From a bacterium (GTDB lineage Bacteria > Krumholzibacteriota > Krumholzibacteriia > LZORAL124-64-63): a stretch of DNA of 64,000 nt. The translations under genes were made by a program, and so were the position numbers. Shown piece after piece: positions 51,517 to 61,509 of this stretch (position 1 is the first letter of the stretch; the number at the start of each line of letters is the position of its first letter). The stretch lies in assembly GCA_031441465.1 (NCBI GenBank), contig JANOEP010000066.1, forward strand, positions 94,132 to 158,131, read 5' to 3'. The notes under the pieces are model-generated. The model saw nothing but the letters and a program-made list of their open reading frames with translations. It was not told where the DNA came from and did not search any database.

Positions 51517-52862
51517 GGCTCGAGGCCGTCCGCCGCGGCAGCCCAGCGGTCGTCGGTGGGCACGGTGCGTCGGATGTCCAGCTTGGCCTCGTGCGCCAGC
51601 GTCAGGTGGTCGCTCACGACCACCAGGTCGCCCGGCGCCAGCGAGCCGCCGCTGTGCACGGCCAGGACCTCTATCCAGGCGGCGTTCTGCAGGCCGGTGT
51701 CGACGTACAACCACTGGGCGCGGTCCTCGGCGGCCTTGAAGACCAGTGGCCGGTCGTCGCGCATCAGCACGGCGTCGCGGGGCACGAGCAGGCGGTCGCG
51801 GTGGATGCGCGCCGCCACCTCGGCGCGGGCGAACATGCCCGGGCGGAAGCGGCCGTCCGGGTTGGCGAAGCGGATCAGGACCTGGCAGGTGCGGCTCGTC
51901 TGGTCGAGCACGGGGCTGATCACGTCGACGGTGCCGCGGATCGTGTCGCCGGCCGCCGGCACCGCCACCAGGGCCGCGCTGCCCTCGGCCAGGTCGCCGA
52001 GGTCGGCCTCGAGCACGTTGACCACGGCCTCGAGCCGCGCGTTGTCCGACACGGTGCCGACGGTCTGGCCCACCGAGACGTTGGCGCCCTTGACGGCGGT
52101 CAGGCGGCTGACCACGCCGCTGAACGGGGCGCGGACCTCGGCGTACTCGAGGTCGAGCCGGGCGCGTTCTTCGGCGATGCGGGCCTCGGCCAGTCCGGTG
52201 CGCTGGGCGGCGGCGTCGCGGCGGAAGGCGCCGGATTTGAGCGCTGCCAGCTCGAGTTCCAGCAGCTGCGCGGCGTGGTCGGCGGGATCGATCTCGCCGC
52301 GGTCGCGCCGCGCCTGGAGTTCGTCGCGCTGCGTCACGAACGCGGACATGGCGGCGGGGTCGTCGACCTGCTCCTCGTCCTCGGCCGCGATCTGGCCGAG
52401 GGCCCGCAGGTGGCGCAGCCGGCTCTCCTCCAGGGCGAGCCGGTAGGGGCGGGCGTCGAGGCGCGCGAGCACCTGGCCCGAGCGCACGTGATCGCCGTCG
52501 CGGACCAGCACCTCGACCAGCTCCCCGCCGAGCTTGCTGCGGACCTCGACGGTCCGCGTGGTGCGCAGCACGCCGTCGGCGAAGACGGGGATCACCAGTG
52601 CGCCCCGCTGCACGGCGCCGACGTCGACCTTGATGGCCTTCTCCCGCTTGGGCTCGTCGGCCTCGCCGCCCGCGGTGTCGGCGGCGGCCGCCGCCGTGCT
52701 GTCGGCGCCGGCGGCGTGGTCACCGGCCTTGTCGCCGGCGCAGCCGGCCAGCGCCAGCAGGACGAACAGGGTCGCCGGTGCGATCGCTGCCGGCAGTCGG
52801 CTCGAGGTCGCTGACACGGGTCGGCGGCGGGCGGCGGCTGGACTCATCACGAGCGTCTCCAA
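51513..52862 (-). CDS. efflux RND periplasmic adaptor (membrane fusion protein)
   Basis: Lipoprotein-like N-terminus (LLALAGCAG) and a coiled-coil hairpin (ARPYRLALEESRLRHLRALGQ) with beta-barrel and MP domains. Confidence 0.8.
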   Translation of the reverse strand: METLVMSPAAARRRPVSATSSRLPAAIAPATLFVLLALAGCAGDKAGDHAAGADSTAAAAADTAGGEADEPKREKAIKVDVGAVQRGALVIPVFADGVLRTTRTVEVRSKLGGELVEVLVRDGDHVRSGQVLARLDARPYRLALEESRLRHLRALGQIAAEDEEQVDDPAAMSAFVTQRDELQARRDRGEIDPADHAAQLLELELAALKSGAFRRDAAAQRTGLAEARIAEERARLDLEYAEVRAPFSGVVSRLTAVKGANVSVGQTVGTVSDNARLEAVVNVLEADLGDLAEGSAALVAVPAAGDTIRGTVDVISPVLDQTSRTCQVLIRFANPDGRFRPGMFARAEVAARIHRDRLLVPRDAVLMRDDRPLVFKAAEDRAQWLYVDTGLQNAAWIEVLAVHSGGSLAPGDLVVVSDHLTLAHEAKLDIRRTVPTDDRWAAAADGLEP

Positions 52863-52885
52863 TCTCCGGATGGAACGGCGTCGCG

Positions 52886-54106
52886 TCAGCGCACGATCTT
52901 GCAGCTGATGATCTCCATGGGGGCGACCTCGGCCGCCGCGGCGGCCCCGGCGTCGTCGCCGGCGCCCATGCCGGCCATGAACGCGTCCCAGTAGTTGAGC
53001 ACCAGCACGGCCCGGTCCGGCGAGATCAGGAACAGCTGGTCCGCGAGGCCGTCGGCGTCGGCGTGCACGCGGACCTGGCGGTCGAAGGCGCCCTTCGCGT
53101 CGAACACGTCGTAGGTCAGCATCACGCCGTCGGGCTGGCGGCGCTGGCCGCGGCCGGAAAGGATCCAGACCGAGCCGTCGTCGAGCACGGTGAGGCTCTG
53201 GATGTCCGGTTCACGGTCGGCCACCTTGACCGGCGGCGGCACGGGATAGTTGCGGGCCTGGGCCTTCAACAGCGATTCGGCGCGGTCGTGGTCGGCGCGG
53301 TCGCGCGCCAGCGATTCGTAGGGGCGGTCGAAGGTGCCCAGCAACCGGCCGTCGGCGGCGTGGCGTTCGACGAAGTAGCGGTCGCGGTGCGGGGCCGCGA
53401 GCACCTCGCCGTTCGGCGCGAGTCCCCAGCGCGTCCAGACGAAATCCACGGCCAGCTCGTCCAGGACCATGTTGCCGAAGTCCTGCACGGCGGTCTTGGC
53501 GGTGATCGTCCCCAGCGTCGAACCGTCCGGGCGCACGCCGTCCAGGAAGTAGGACTGGGTCAGCTTGCCGGCGGCGAACGTCTGGCGGATGCCGCACAGC
53601 GTCGTCGAGCCGCCCCGGCTGTTGCCGCCGACCAGCACCGCGAAGCCCCCGGCCGCGGGATCGCCCGCCTGGAAGGGGAAATTGCCGGCGGGATTCCCCT
53701 GGCGGTCGAGTTGCACGATCTTGCCGGGGAACACCTGCACCACCGCGAGCTTGCCGTCGGGCAGGAAGAACACGTCGGCCGGACGGCGGAACTCACCGGG
53801 TCCCTCGCCCTCGCGGCCGAGCGTGCCGGTGCGCCGGCCGTCGGGCGCGAAGACCGCGACCTCGGACAGCTGCTGGTCCAGGACGTAGAGGTTGCCCTTC
53901 TCGTCGACGATGATCTGGGAGATGACGCCGAACAGGTTCGCCTCGTCCTGCTCCCCGCCGACGCTCCACATCGGCTGCAGCTCGACGTCGACCACGCCGT
54001 GGCGGGGGACCGAGCCGTTGGCCACGTGGGGCACCTCGGCGGCGAGGGCGGCGCCGGTGATCAGGCAGCACAGGCTGAGACTGAAAGCGGAGACGGCGCG
54101 GGACAT
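52886..54106 (-). CDS. hypothetical secreted beta-propeller-like protein
   Basis: Start at MSRAVSAFSLSLCCLITGAALAA (54106). The in-frame N-terminal extension of the ORF track was rejected. Repeated NLYVLD / VWILS motifs. Confidence 0.5.
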   Translation of the reverse strand: MSRAVSAFSLSLCCLITGAALAAEVPHVANGSVPRHGVVDVELQPMWSVGGEQDEANLFGVISQIIVDEKGNLYVLDQQLSEVAVFAPDGRRTGTLGREGEGPGEFRRPADVFFLPDGKLAVVQVFPGKIVQLDRQGNPAGNFPFQAGDPAAGGFAVLVGGNSRGGSTTLCGIRQTFAAGKLTQSYFLDGVRPDGSTLGTITAKTAVQDFGNMVLDELAVDFVWTRWGLAPNGEVLAAPHRDRYFVERHAADGRLLGTFDRPYESLARDRADHDRAESLLKAQARNYPVPPPVKVADREPDIQSLTVLDDGSVWILSGRGQRRQPDGVMLTYDVFDAKGAFDRQVRVHADADGLADQLFLISPDRAVLVLNYWDAFMAGMGAGDDAGAAAAAEVAPMEIISCKIVR

Positions 54107-54246
54107 CGCAACTCCTCGGGATAGTGTGGGTCCGATTCGGAGGCAGCAGGACGGTCCCCGGCGGGGATTGTTGCAAAACGCCGCGCCGACCGCAAGTCCG
54201 GCTGCGCGGACGGCGGCGGCGGGGCGCATCCGTGGGGTGGGACGGG

Positions 54247-56232
54247 TCAGCGTTTCTGGGTGGACGCCCAGGCCGCAAGGACGCGGGCGGCGTCGGCCGC
54301 CGCGGCCGGCATGGCGCCGCGGTAGACGGCCGCCACGACTCCCGGTTGGGCCTGCTGCAGGGCGTCGAGCTGCGGCGACTCGGCGCCGAAGCCGACCAGC
54401 AGCACACGGCGGCCCGGCAGCGCGTTCGGCAGCCAGTCGACGACGGCCGCAGCCTCGGCGGACGCGGCGAGGGTCCAGCTCCCCCGGGCGTCGTGCAGGG
54501 CGGGCAGGGCGACGGCGAAGTCCCCGCCGTCCAGGACGAGCGGCGCCAGCGCGTCGAAGACGCGGGTGGCCGCCGAGCCGCCGGGTTCCAGCAGCAACAG
54601 GACCGGCGTCGCGGCGACCGCGCCCGGCGGCGGCAGGGCCACGCGCACCGGCAACCAGCCGTCGCCGCCCGCGTCGAGGGCGGTCACGGACACGTCCCCG
54701 TCCGTCAGCACCGAGGCGCCGCCGGCGCCCTTGCGCAGGCAGTCTTCGACTTCGAGTACGGTCACCAGCAGGGAAGTCGGGCTGGCGCGACGGTCGCGCG
54801 TGCTCAGGTCGGTCCGGATCAGGTCGAGCCGGTAGTCCACCGCGGGGCGGTCGATCGCCGCCAGCGACTTGGCGCGGTCGTGGGAATCGCCGAACCATTC
54901 CTGATCGAAGCGGGCCAGGCCCGTGAACCACGCCGACCGCCTGCCGTCGTCCAGCTCCAGCACCGCTTCGAGCCGGTAGGGTCCCATCGTCAGCGCCGCG
55001 AGGTCGGCTTCGCGGGTCCAGGTGGTCAGGCCCGGGGCCAGGGTCACGCGACCCGCAGTGCCGCCGGCGCTGACCAGCTCGTGGCCCGTGGTGTCGCCGA
55101 TCCCGGTGACCAGGCGACCGGCGCCGCCGCCGGGTACCCAGGCCGCGACCGTGAAGCCGAGGGGCTTGTTGCCCAGGACCGTGCTGGTGACCTTCACTTG
55201 CAGTCGCATCTGTTCGCCGCCCGGCGGCAACGTCACGGGCAGGAAGCGGCGCGGCCCCGGTTGCGGGTCGGCGAGGCGGGGGTCCCGCACCAGCTGCGCC
55301 GAGCGCGCCCGGCCGGACTCGTCGCGCCAACGGTGCACGATCGCCACGCCGAAGAGCGTGTCGGTCGGCGGCGCGTAAGGCTCCAGGTAGCTCCAGGGGA
55401 CGTTCGCCTGCTGGAAGCGCCGGCCGCCCTCGTCGCGGCGGACGGGCGCGAGTTCGCGGACGGCCAGGTCGAGACGGCGTCCGGGTCGGGCGAGCACGCG
55501 GCCGATGGGCGCGGGCCCATCGACGTCGGCACCCGCCCCCGGCGTGTCGAAGCCGAAGCTCCAGACCCGCGCGGTGTCGTAGGCCTCGCCGGTGTCGGGC
55601 GCGGCGAGCGTCAGTTCCAGCGACGGCGCCGGATCGCCGGCGGTGCGCAGGTGCCAGCCGAGGTCGTCGACCATCAGCGACAGCCGCAGCGGGGACGCGC
55701 CGCCGTCCGCCTCGGTCAGCGGCCCCGGATCGAACCAGGCGCCCCAGCGCGGGTGCAGGGCGCGGCTGCGGGCGGCGGCGGACAGACGCCGTTCGAGGTC
55801 GGCGATCAGCCGGGTGAAGGCGGGGTCGGTGCGCAGCGCGCCCAGATCGGGATCATCGCGCAGGCGGCGCGTGTCGTCGTAGCCGTGGGCGACGGCGGCG
55901 CGGACGGCGGCGAGCGCGGCCGCCGGGTCGGAGAGGCGGGCCGCGACGCAGGCGGCGTTGTAGTGCAGCAGGGGATCGTCGGGCCGGCGCCGCAGCGCCT
56001 CCGCGATGAGTTCGCGGGCCGGCGCCAGGTCGCCCTCGCGCAGGCGGCGCCCGATCTCGCGCCGCAGGTCGTCGTCGCCGAGACGCGCGGGCACGGGCGC
56101 GGCCGCGGCCGCCGCGGCGGACAACAGCGCGGCCAGGGCGCAGCCGAGGAGCAGGGCGCGGCGGCGGGAGGGTCCGGGCTCAGCCGGCGGCGACGACGGC
56201 GGGGAAGGCGACGTCCACGGTGTCGCGGGCAA
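54247..56232 (-). CDS. hypothetical secreted protein with an N-terminal TPR-like region and a C-terminal alpha/beta-hydrolase-like region
   Basis: 661 aa. The true start is probably downstream of 56232, because the annotated start would overlap ackA by 53 nt. An internal signal-like segment RRRALLLGCALAALLSAAAAAAAPVPA is present. Confidence 0.45.
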   Translation of the reverse strand: MPATPWTSPSPPSSPPAEPGPSRRRALLLGCALAALLSAAAAAAAPVPARLGDDDLRREIGRRLREGDLAPARELIAEALRRRPDDPLLHYNAACVAARLSDPAAALAAVRAAVAHGYDDTRRLRDDPDLGALRTDPAFTRLIADLERRLSAAARSRALHPRWGAWFDPGPLTEADGGASPLRLSLMVDDLGWHLRTAGDPAPSLELTLAAPDTGEAYDTARVWSFGFDTPGAGADVDGPAPIGRVLARPGRRLDLAVRELAPVRRDEGGRRFQQANVPWSYLEPYAPPTDTLFGVAIVHRWRDESGRARSAQLVRDPRLADPQPGPRRFLPVTLPPGGEQMRLQVKVTSTVLGNKPLGFTVAAWVPGGGAGRLVTGIGDTTGHELVSAGGTAGRVTLAPGLTTWTREADLAALTMGPYRLEAVLELDDGRRSAWFTGLARFDQEWFGDSHDRAKSLAAIDRPAVDYRLDLIRTDLSTRDRRASPTSLLVTVLEVEDCLRKGAGGASVLTDGDVSVTALDAGGDGWLPVRVALPPPGAVAATPVLLLLEPGGSAATRVFDALAPLVLDGGDFAVALPALHDARGSWTLAASAEAAAVVDWLPNALPGRRVLLVGFGAESPQLDALQQAQPGVVAAVYRGAMPAAAADAARVLAAWASTQKR

Positions 56233-57397
56233 TCATCAGCTCCTCGTTGGTGGGGACGATCATGATCGCGATCCGCGACGACATCTTGCTGATGACGGCC
56301 TCGTCGCGCCGGGTGGCGTTCTTGAAGGGGTCCAGCAGGGCGCCGATGATCTCCAGGCCGCGGCAGGACCACTCGCGCACCAGCGAGTCGTTCTCGCCCA
56401 CGCCGGCGGTGAAGACGATGCCGTCGACGCGGCCCAGGGCCACGGCGTAGGCGCCGATGTACTTGCGGATGTGGTAGCAGTAGACCTCGAGGGCCAGGCG
56501 GCAGCGGTCGTTGCCGTTGGCGTACTCGCGCTCGACGTCCCGCAGGTCGCTCGAGACGCCGCTGATGCCCAGCAGGCCGCTCTGCTTGTTGAGCATCTTC
56601 TCGACGGCGTCGACGCCCATGCCCAGGTTGCGCTCGAGGTGGCCGATGATGGCGGGGTCGATGTCGCCGCTGCGGGTGCCCATGACCAGGCCTTCCAGCG
56701 GCGTGAAGCCCATCGAGGTGTCGATGGACTTCCCGTTGCGCACCGCGGCGACCGAGGCGCCGTTGCCGAGGTGGCAGGTGATCAGGTTCGTCTCGGACGG
56801 GTCGCGGCCCAGCATCGCCGACGCGCGCAGCGTCACGTAGCGGTGGCTGGTGCCGTGGAAGCCGTAGCGCCGGATGCGGTGCTTCAGGTACATCTCGTAG
56901 GGCAGCGGGTAGATGTACGAGGTGTCGGGCATGGTCTGGTGGAAGGCGGTGTCGAAGACGCCCACCATCGGCACGTCCGGCAGCACCGCCTGCGCGGCGC
57001 GGATGCCCACGATGTTCGGCGGGTTGTGCAGGGGCGCAAGCGAGGAGCACTCCTCGAGCGCGGCCATGACGTCGGGCGTGATCACCACGCTGCCGGCGTA
57101 CTTCTCGCCCGCGTGCACCACGCGGTGGCCCACGGCCGCGATCTCATTGTAGTTGCCGATGACGCCATGGACAGAGTCCGTCAGGGCCTCCAGCACCAGC
57201 GCCACGGCGGCCTTGTGGTCGGGCACGGGGCGCACGACCACGAGGTCTTCCTGCCCGGGCCGCTTGTAGACGTGGTTCCCGTCGTCCAGTCCGATGCGCT
57301 CGACCAGGCCCTTGGCGAGCAGGGTCTCGTGCTCCATTTCCAGGAGCTGGTACTTGAGCGAACTGCTGCCGCAGTTCAGGACCAGGACGTTTTTCAC
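56180..57397 (-). CDS. ackA: acetate kinase
   Basis: Starts [18 protein letters not shown] and contains HLGNGASV and GFTPLEGL... motifs. Confidence 0.9.
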   Translation of the reverse strand: MKNVLVLNCGSSSLKYQLLEMEHETLLAKGLVERIGLDDGNHVYKRPGQEDLVVVRPVPDHKAAVALVLEALTDSVHGVIGNYNEIAAVGHRVVHAGEKYAGSVVITPDVMAALEECSSLAPLHNPPNIVGIRAAQAVLPDVPMVGVFDTAFHQTMPDTSYIYPLPYEMYLKHRIRRYGFHGTSHRYVTLRASAMLGRDPSETNLITCHLGNGASVAAVRNGKSIDTSMGFTPLEGLVMGTRSGDIDPAIIGHLERNLGMGVDAVEKMLNKQSGLLGISGVSSDLRDVEREYANGNDRCRLALEVYCYHIRKYIGAYAVALGRVDGIVFTAGVGENDSLVREWSCRGLEIIGALLDPFKNATRRDEAVISKMSSRIAIMIVPTNEELMIARDTVDVAFPAVVAAG

Positions 57398-58395
57398 CTG
57401 CCGCCTCCGGCCTGCAGGGCGGTGATCGCCGCCACGTTGACGATGTCCATGACGCTGCAGCCGCGCGACAGGTCGTTGATGGGTTTCGCCATGCCCTGCA
57501 TGACGGGGCCCACCGCCTCGGCTCCGGCCAGGCGCTGCACCAGCTTGTAGGCGATGTTGCCGGCGTCGAGGTCGGGGAAGATCAGCACGTTGGCGCGGCC
57601 GGCGACCGCACTGCCCGGCGCCTTGCGCTCGCCGATGGCGGCGACCAGGGCGGCGTCGGCCTGCAGCTCGCCGTCGACGGCGAGGCCGGGCGCGCGCTCG
57701 GCGAGGATCTCCCGCGCGCGCACCACCTTGTCGACGCCCGGTCCCGCGCCGCTGCCCTTGGTGGAGTAGCTCAGCAGGGCCAGCCGCGGCTCGAAGCCGC
57801 AGAGGGCGCGGGCGGTCGCGGCGCTGGCGACCGCGATGTCGGCCAGCTGGTCGGCGTCGGGGTCGGGGTTCACGGCGCAGTCGGCGAAGACGATCATGCC
57901 GTCCTCGCCCAGCTTCCAGTCCGGGTTGACCATCACGAAGCAGCTCGAGACGATCTTGCAGCCCGGCGCGGTGCCGATGGCCTGGAAGCCCGCGCGCAGG
58001 ACGTCGCCGGTGCTGTTGACCGCGCCCGCGACCATGCCGTCGGCCAGGCCGGCGCCGACCATCAGCGCCCCGCAGAACAGCGGGTCGACGGCCTGGCGGC
58101 GCGCTTCCTCGAGCGTCAGGCCCTTGTGACGGCGGCGCTCGAAGAGCCGGCCGGCCAGGATCTCGTGATCGGGATGGTCGGCCGGGTCCAGGACGCGCAG
58201 GTCGCCGCCGCGCAGGTTCAGGGCACCGAGGCGGTCCCAGACGACGCCCGGGTTGCCGAGCAGCACGACCTCGGCCACGCCCTCGTCGCGCAGCTTGACC
58301 GCGGCCTCGAGGGTGCGGTCGTCGCCGCTCTCGGGCAGCACGATGGTTTTGTGCAGGGCGGCGGCGTTGCGGCGGAGCCGGGCGGTGAAATCCAT
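57394..58395 (-). CDS. pta: phosphate acetyltransferase
   Basis: Start at MDFTARL (58395). PTA_PTB family ([15 protein letters not shown] ... SGDV). GTGA overlap with ackA. Confidence 0.85.
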   Translation of the reverse strand: MDFTARLRRNAAALHKTIVLPESGDDRTLEAAVKLRDEGVAEVVLLGNPGVVWDRLGALNLRGGDLRVLDPADHPDHEILAGRLFERRRHKGLTLEEARRQAVDPLFCGALMVGAGLADGMVAGAVNSTGDVLRAGFQAIGTAPGCKIVSSCFVMVNPDWKLGEDGMIVFADCAVNPDPDADQLADIAVASAATARALCGFEPRLALLSYSTKGSGAGPGVDKVVRAREILAERAPGLAVDGELQADAALVAAIGERKAPGSAVAGRANVLIFPDLDAGNIAYKLVQRLAGAEAVGPVMQGMAKPINDLSRGCSVMDIVNVAAITALQAGGGR

Positions 58396-58504
58396 GACGG
58401 TCTCCTCGGGAGGCGCTGGCTTTTGGGCGTTATTCGGCAAATCTCGCTGGCAGTTGAGGGATTGTCAAACCGCTAACATGGGGCGGAATCGCGTGGTGGC
58501 GGGT

Positions 58505-58969
58505 CTAAGCCAGCGGCAGGGCCCGGTCGAAGAGCGCGGGATCGGGCGCGCCGTCCTGGACTTCCGGCAGCCGCTCGATGAGGTCCTGCAGGGTGAACGA
58601 TTCCCAGAAGGCCTGGAGCTTCTGGTCGAGCAGGACCCAGATGGTGCGGGTGGTGCAGTCGTCGGCGCGCACGCAGGTCTCGGGGTGGGGGATGCATTCC
58701 ACCAGGGGAGCGCGGCCCTCGAGCGCGCAGAAGATTTCCCAGAGTGAGATGTCGCGCGGCTCGCGCGTGAGGTAGTAGCCGCCGCGCACACCCTTGCGGC
58801 TGCCGACTAGACCGGACTTGCGCAACGAGGAGACCAGCAGTTCGAGGTACTTGCGGCTGATCTCCTGGGTGTCGGCGATCGCGCTCAGCGGGACGGGGTC
58901 GTCGCCCTTGGTGACGGCGATCTGCAGGAGGGCGCGCAGACCGTAGCGGACCTTGGTGGTGATTCTCAT
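58505..58969 (-). CDS. Rrf2-family transcriptional regulator (IscR/NsrR-like)
   Basis: MRITTKVRYGLRALLQIA with an HTH. Three clustered Cys (CIPHPETCVRADDC) suggest an Fe-S ligand set. Confidence 0.8.
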   Translation of the reverse strand: MRITTKVRYGLRALLQIAVTKGDDPVPLSAIADTQEISRKYLELLVSSLRKSGLVGSRKGVRGGYYLTREPRDISLWEIFCALEGRAPLVECIPHPETCVRADDCTTRTIWVLLDQKLQAFWESFTLQDLIERLPEVQDGAPDPALFDRALPLA

Positions 58970-59054
58970 GCGCAGAACTCCTGACTCGAGGTGGACCCCT
59001 CGCGCCGAACAATAGGATCCGGCGGGGCGGGGAGCAAGCTCCGCCCCGCCGGTC

Positions 59055-60038
59055 CTATTTCACGATTTCCGGCACGCCGACGACCAGCTGCGGCGGCAGG
59101 TGCAGGGGGAGCGTGGTGGCCCGTTTGCGCTCGATGTCGTGGAAGACGCGTTCGACCTGGACCGCGGTCAACCCCAGCGGCACGGCGGCTTCGGCGGCGG
59201 GCACGGCGTGGTTGTGGGCCCACAGCAGCAGGTCCATCTCGGCGTAGGGCAGCACGAAGTAGAACTCGTCCTGGCCCTGGGGCAGCGAGTAGGTGTCGGT
59301 CGTGGGCACGACCGCGCAGATGTCCTCGGGCAGCTTCAGGTGGCGCGCCAGCGCGTAGACCTGCGTCTTGTAGAGGTGGGCGATGGGTTTGATGTCCGCG
59401 GCGCCGTCGCCGTTCTTGACGAAGAAGCCCTGGTCGTACTCCAGCCGGTTGGGCGTGCCCAGCACCGCGTAGTTCAGCCGGTCCGCGTGGTAGTAGTCCA
59501 TGGTCTTGCGGATGCGCTGCTTGAAATTCGTGGCGGCGACGATCTGCAGGTAGGCCTGCAACGGCAGCCGGGACTCGTGCATGCCGCCCTGCGGGTCCTG
59601 CACCACCAGCCGGTAGACGTTCATGCGGTCGGAGTCCATCAGGTCGGCCGGCAGGACGATCTTCGACTTCCAGCCCTCGCCGTACTGGGGGAAGACGGAG
59701 CGGATGGCCTCGTCGCGCCGCTCGTAGCAGCCGATGGCGTGCAGCGTCGGGGCGATGTCCTCGACCACGTAGTCGATGCCCAGGTGCTGCGCCAGGCTCT
59801 CGCCCAGGCTGCGGCTGCGGGCGCTGGAGTCCAGTTCGGGCAGCATCAGCCCGAACACCTTCTTCGGGCCGAGGGCCTTGACCGCCAGGGCGGCGGTCAC
59901 GCTGCTGTCGATCCCGCCGCTCATCGCCACCACGGCGCCGCGCCGCAGCATCCGCCGCGACACCAGCTCGCGCAGGCGTTCGGAGATCTCGGCGACGGTC
60001 CGGTCCAGATCCAGCTGCAGCACGTTGCGGTCGAACAT
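59055..60038 (-). CDS. nadE: NAD+ synthetase (NH3-dependent)
   Basis: Start at MFDRNV (60038). Contains AVVAMSGGIDSSV, a PP-loop SGGxDS motif. Confidence 0.8.
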   Translation of the reverse strand: MFDRNVLQLDLDRTVAEISERLRELVSRRMLRRGAVVAMSGGIDSSVTAALAVKALGPKKVFGLMLPELDSSARSRSLGESLAQHLGIDYVVEDIAPTLHAIGCYERRDEAIRSVFPQYGEGWKSKIVLPADLMDSDRMNVYRLVVQDPQGGMHESRLPLQAYLQIVAATNFKQRIRKTMDYYHADRLNYAVLGTPNRLEYDQGFFVKNGDGAADIKPIAHLYKTQVYALARHLKLPEDICAVVPTTDTYSLPQGQDEFYFVLPYAEMDLLLWAHNHAVPAAEAAVPLGLTAVQVERVFHDIERKRATTLPLHLPPQLVVGVPEIVK

Positions 60039-60163
60039 CCGGTCATCCCTCCGCGGGTGGGTGAGTCGTATCGTCGGAAACGCAGGCTCCCAGGGTAAGC
60101 TCACGCCTGCCGGGTGTCGACCGGATTCTCCCGGCGCGCCCGCGCGCCCGCCTGCGGACGATA

Positions 60164-60197
60164 TTGACTTGAGCCGGGCGCACGCACGCACGATAAT
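60164..60197 (+). promoter_or_regulatory. sigma-70-like promoter candidate (TTGACT/TTGAGC ... GATAAT) for the FGE-family gene
   Basis: The sequence gatattgacttgagccgggcgcacgcacgcacgataatg lies in the divergent intergenic region between nadE and the FGE gene. Confidence 0.3.
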
Positions 60198-60268
60198 GTC
60201 CCTCCGCCGGCGTCGCTCGCCGGCGGCCCACGCCCTGCGTTCCGCGTCACCGACTCCGGGGAGCGATC

Positions 60269-61336
60269 ATGCGCGCCACACGGTTCACCTACCTGCTGCT
60301 GGCGGCCGCCCTGGCCCTGTTGCCGGCCGGTTGCGGCGACGACGAGCCGACCGGCCCGCAGGCGGCCGCGCTGGCGGTCCGGATCGAGCCGGCGCACCTC
60401 GGCGCCACTTGGCAGCTGAGCGGTCCCGGCGGGTACAGCCTGTCGGCCGACGGGGACACGACGCTCACGGACCTGCCTGCCGGGTCGTACACCCTCGCCT
60501 GGCTGGACGTCGCCGGCTGGGAGACCCCGACCCCGGCCGCCGCGGTCCGGCAGCTGGAGGCGAGCGGCACGACGACCTTCCTCGGCCTCTATCAGGCGGA
60601 GGTTGGCCCCGCCCTGGCCGTGGTCCCGGCGGGGGACTTCATGATGGGCAGCGAACGCGACGAACCGGGGCGCAACGACGACGAGTCCATGGTGCAGTAC
60701 TTCTTCAACACGGGCTTCCGGGTCTCGCGGTTCGAAGTGACCGAAGCGCTCTGGGACCGGGTGATGGGCGGGTCCTCGGTCTCGCGCCTGCCGAAAGTCG
60801 ACGTGAACTGGTACGAGGCCCTCCTCTTCTGCAACGCCCTCTCGGTCCAGGAGGGACTGACGCCCGCCTACGAGGGCTCCGGCACGAACTGGACCTGGAA
60901 TCCGCTGAACGACGGCTACCGCCTGCCTCTGGAAGTGGAGTGGGAATACGCCTGCCGCGCCGGCAGCACCACCGAACTGGCCAACGGCAGCCTGCGCTAC
61001 ACCGATTGCCAGCCCATCGACCCGACGCTCGACGCGATCGGCTGGTCCTGTCAGAATTCCGGCTTCCCCGTCTACCGCGCCCACGAAGTGGGCCAGAAAA
61101 TGCCGAACGCCTGGGGCCTCCACGACATGCACGGCAACGTGTGGGAGTGGTGCTGGGACAGCTACTACGAGACCGACGCCGACGGCTACCCGACGGGCGA
61201 ATCGCTCGGGCAGGTGAACCGCGGCGGGGCCTTCGACAACTTCGCGCAGTTCTGCCGGGCGGCCAACCGGCACTACACTGACCCGCGGCGGGGGGATGCC
61301 CACCGCGGCTTCCGCATTGTCCGCTCCGGTGAATAG
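60269..61336 (+). CDS. formylglycine-generating-enzyme (SUMF1/FGE) family lipoprotein
   Basis: Lipobox LLPAGCGDD. Contains HGNVWEWCWD and GFRIVRS, conserved FGE-sulfatase-domain motifs. Confidence 0.75.
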   Translation: MRATRFTYLLLAAALALLPAGCGDDEPTGPQAAALAVRIEPAHLGATWQLSGPGGYSLSADGDTTLTDLPAGSYTLAWLDVAGWETPTPAAAVRQLEASGTTTFLGLYQAEVGPALAVVPAGDFMMGSERDEPGRNDDESMVQYFFNTGFRVSRFEVTEALWDRVMGGSSVSRLPKVDVNWYEALLFCNALSVQEGLTPAYEGSGTNWTWNPLNDGYRLPLEVEWEYACRAGSTTELANGSLRYTDCQPIDPTLDAIGWSCQNSGFPVYRAHEVGQKMPNAWGLHDMHGNVWEWCWDSYYETDADGYPTGESLGQVNRGGAFDNFAQFCRAANRHYTDPRRGDAHRGFRIVRSGE

Positions 61337-61466
61337 CTGAAGATCCTCCCGCGACGGGGGACGCGCTCCGTTCACATCCTGTGAACGGAGCGCTCGGCTT
61401 TCGGCCCCCAGTGCCCTCCTGGCACTGGGGGCCGAAAGACGCCCCCGTCGCGGGAGGATCTTCAGC
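61337..61466 (+). ncRNA. nested inverted-repeat element: a 25-bp outer stem enclosing two hairpins (loops AUCCU and CUCCU)
   Basis: Outer stem gctgaagatcctcccgcgacggggg pairs with cccccgtcgcgggaggatcttcagc. Inner hairpin 1 is gcgctccgttcac-atcct-gtgaacggagcgc. Inner hairpin 2 is ctttcggcccccagtgcc-ctcct-ggcactgggggccgaaag. There is no U-tract. Confidence 0.4.
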
Positions 61467-61500
61467 GATGCAGCACAATCGGATCTTGTTTGGAGTCATG

Positions 61501-61509
61501 TGGTATAAT
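61501..61509 (+). promoter_or_regulatory. extended -10 promoter TGgTATAAT
   Basis: catgtggtataatcatcc is a perfect TATAAT with an upstream TG. It lies 43 nt upstream of the 61552 ATG. Confidence 0.45.

Noticed and set aside
54107-55330. N-terminal 408-aa extension of ORF 52886-55330
   Set aside because: It is low-complexity Arg/Gly/Pro translation overlapping the converging gene 54247-56232. A clean signal-peptide start exists at 54106.
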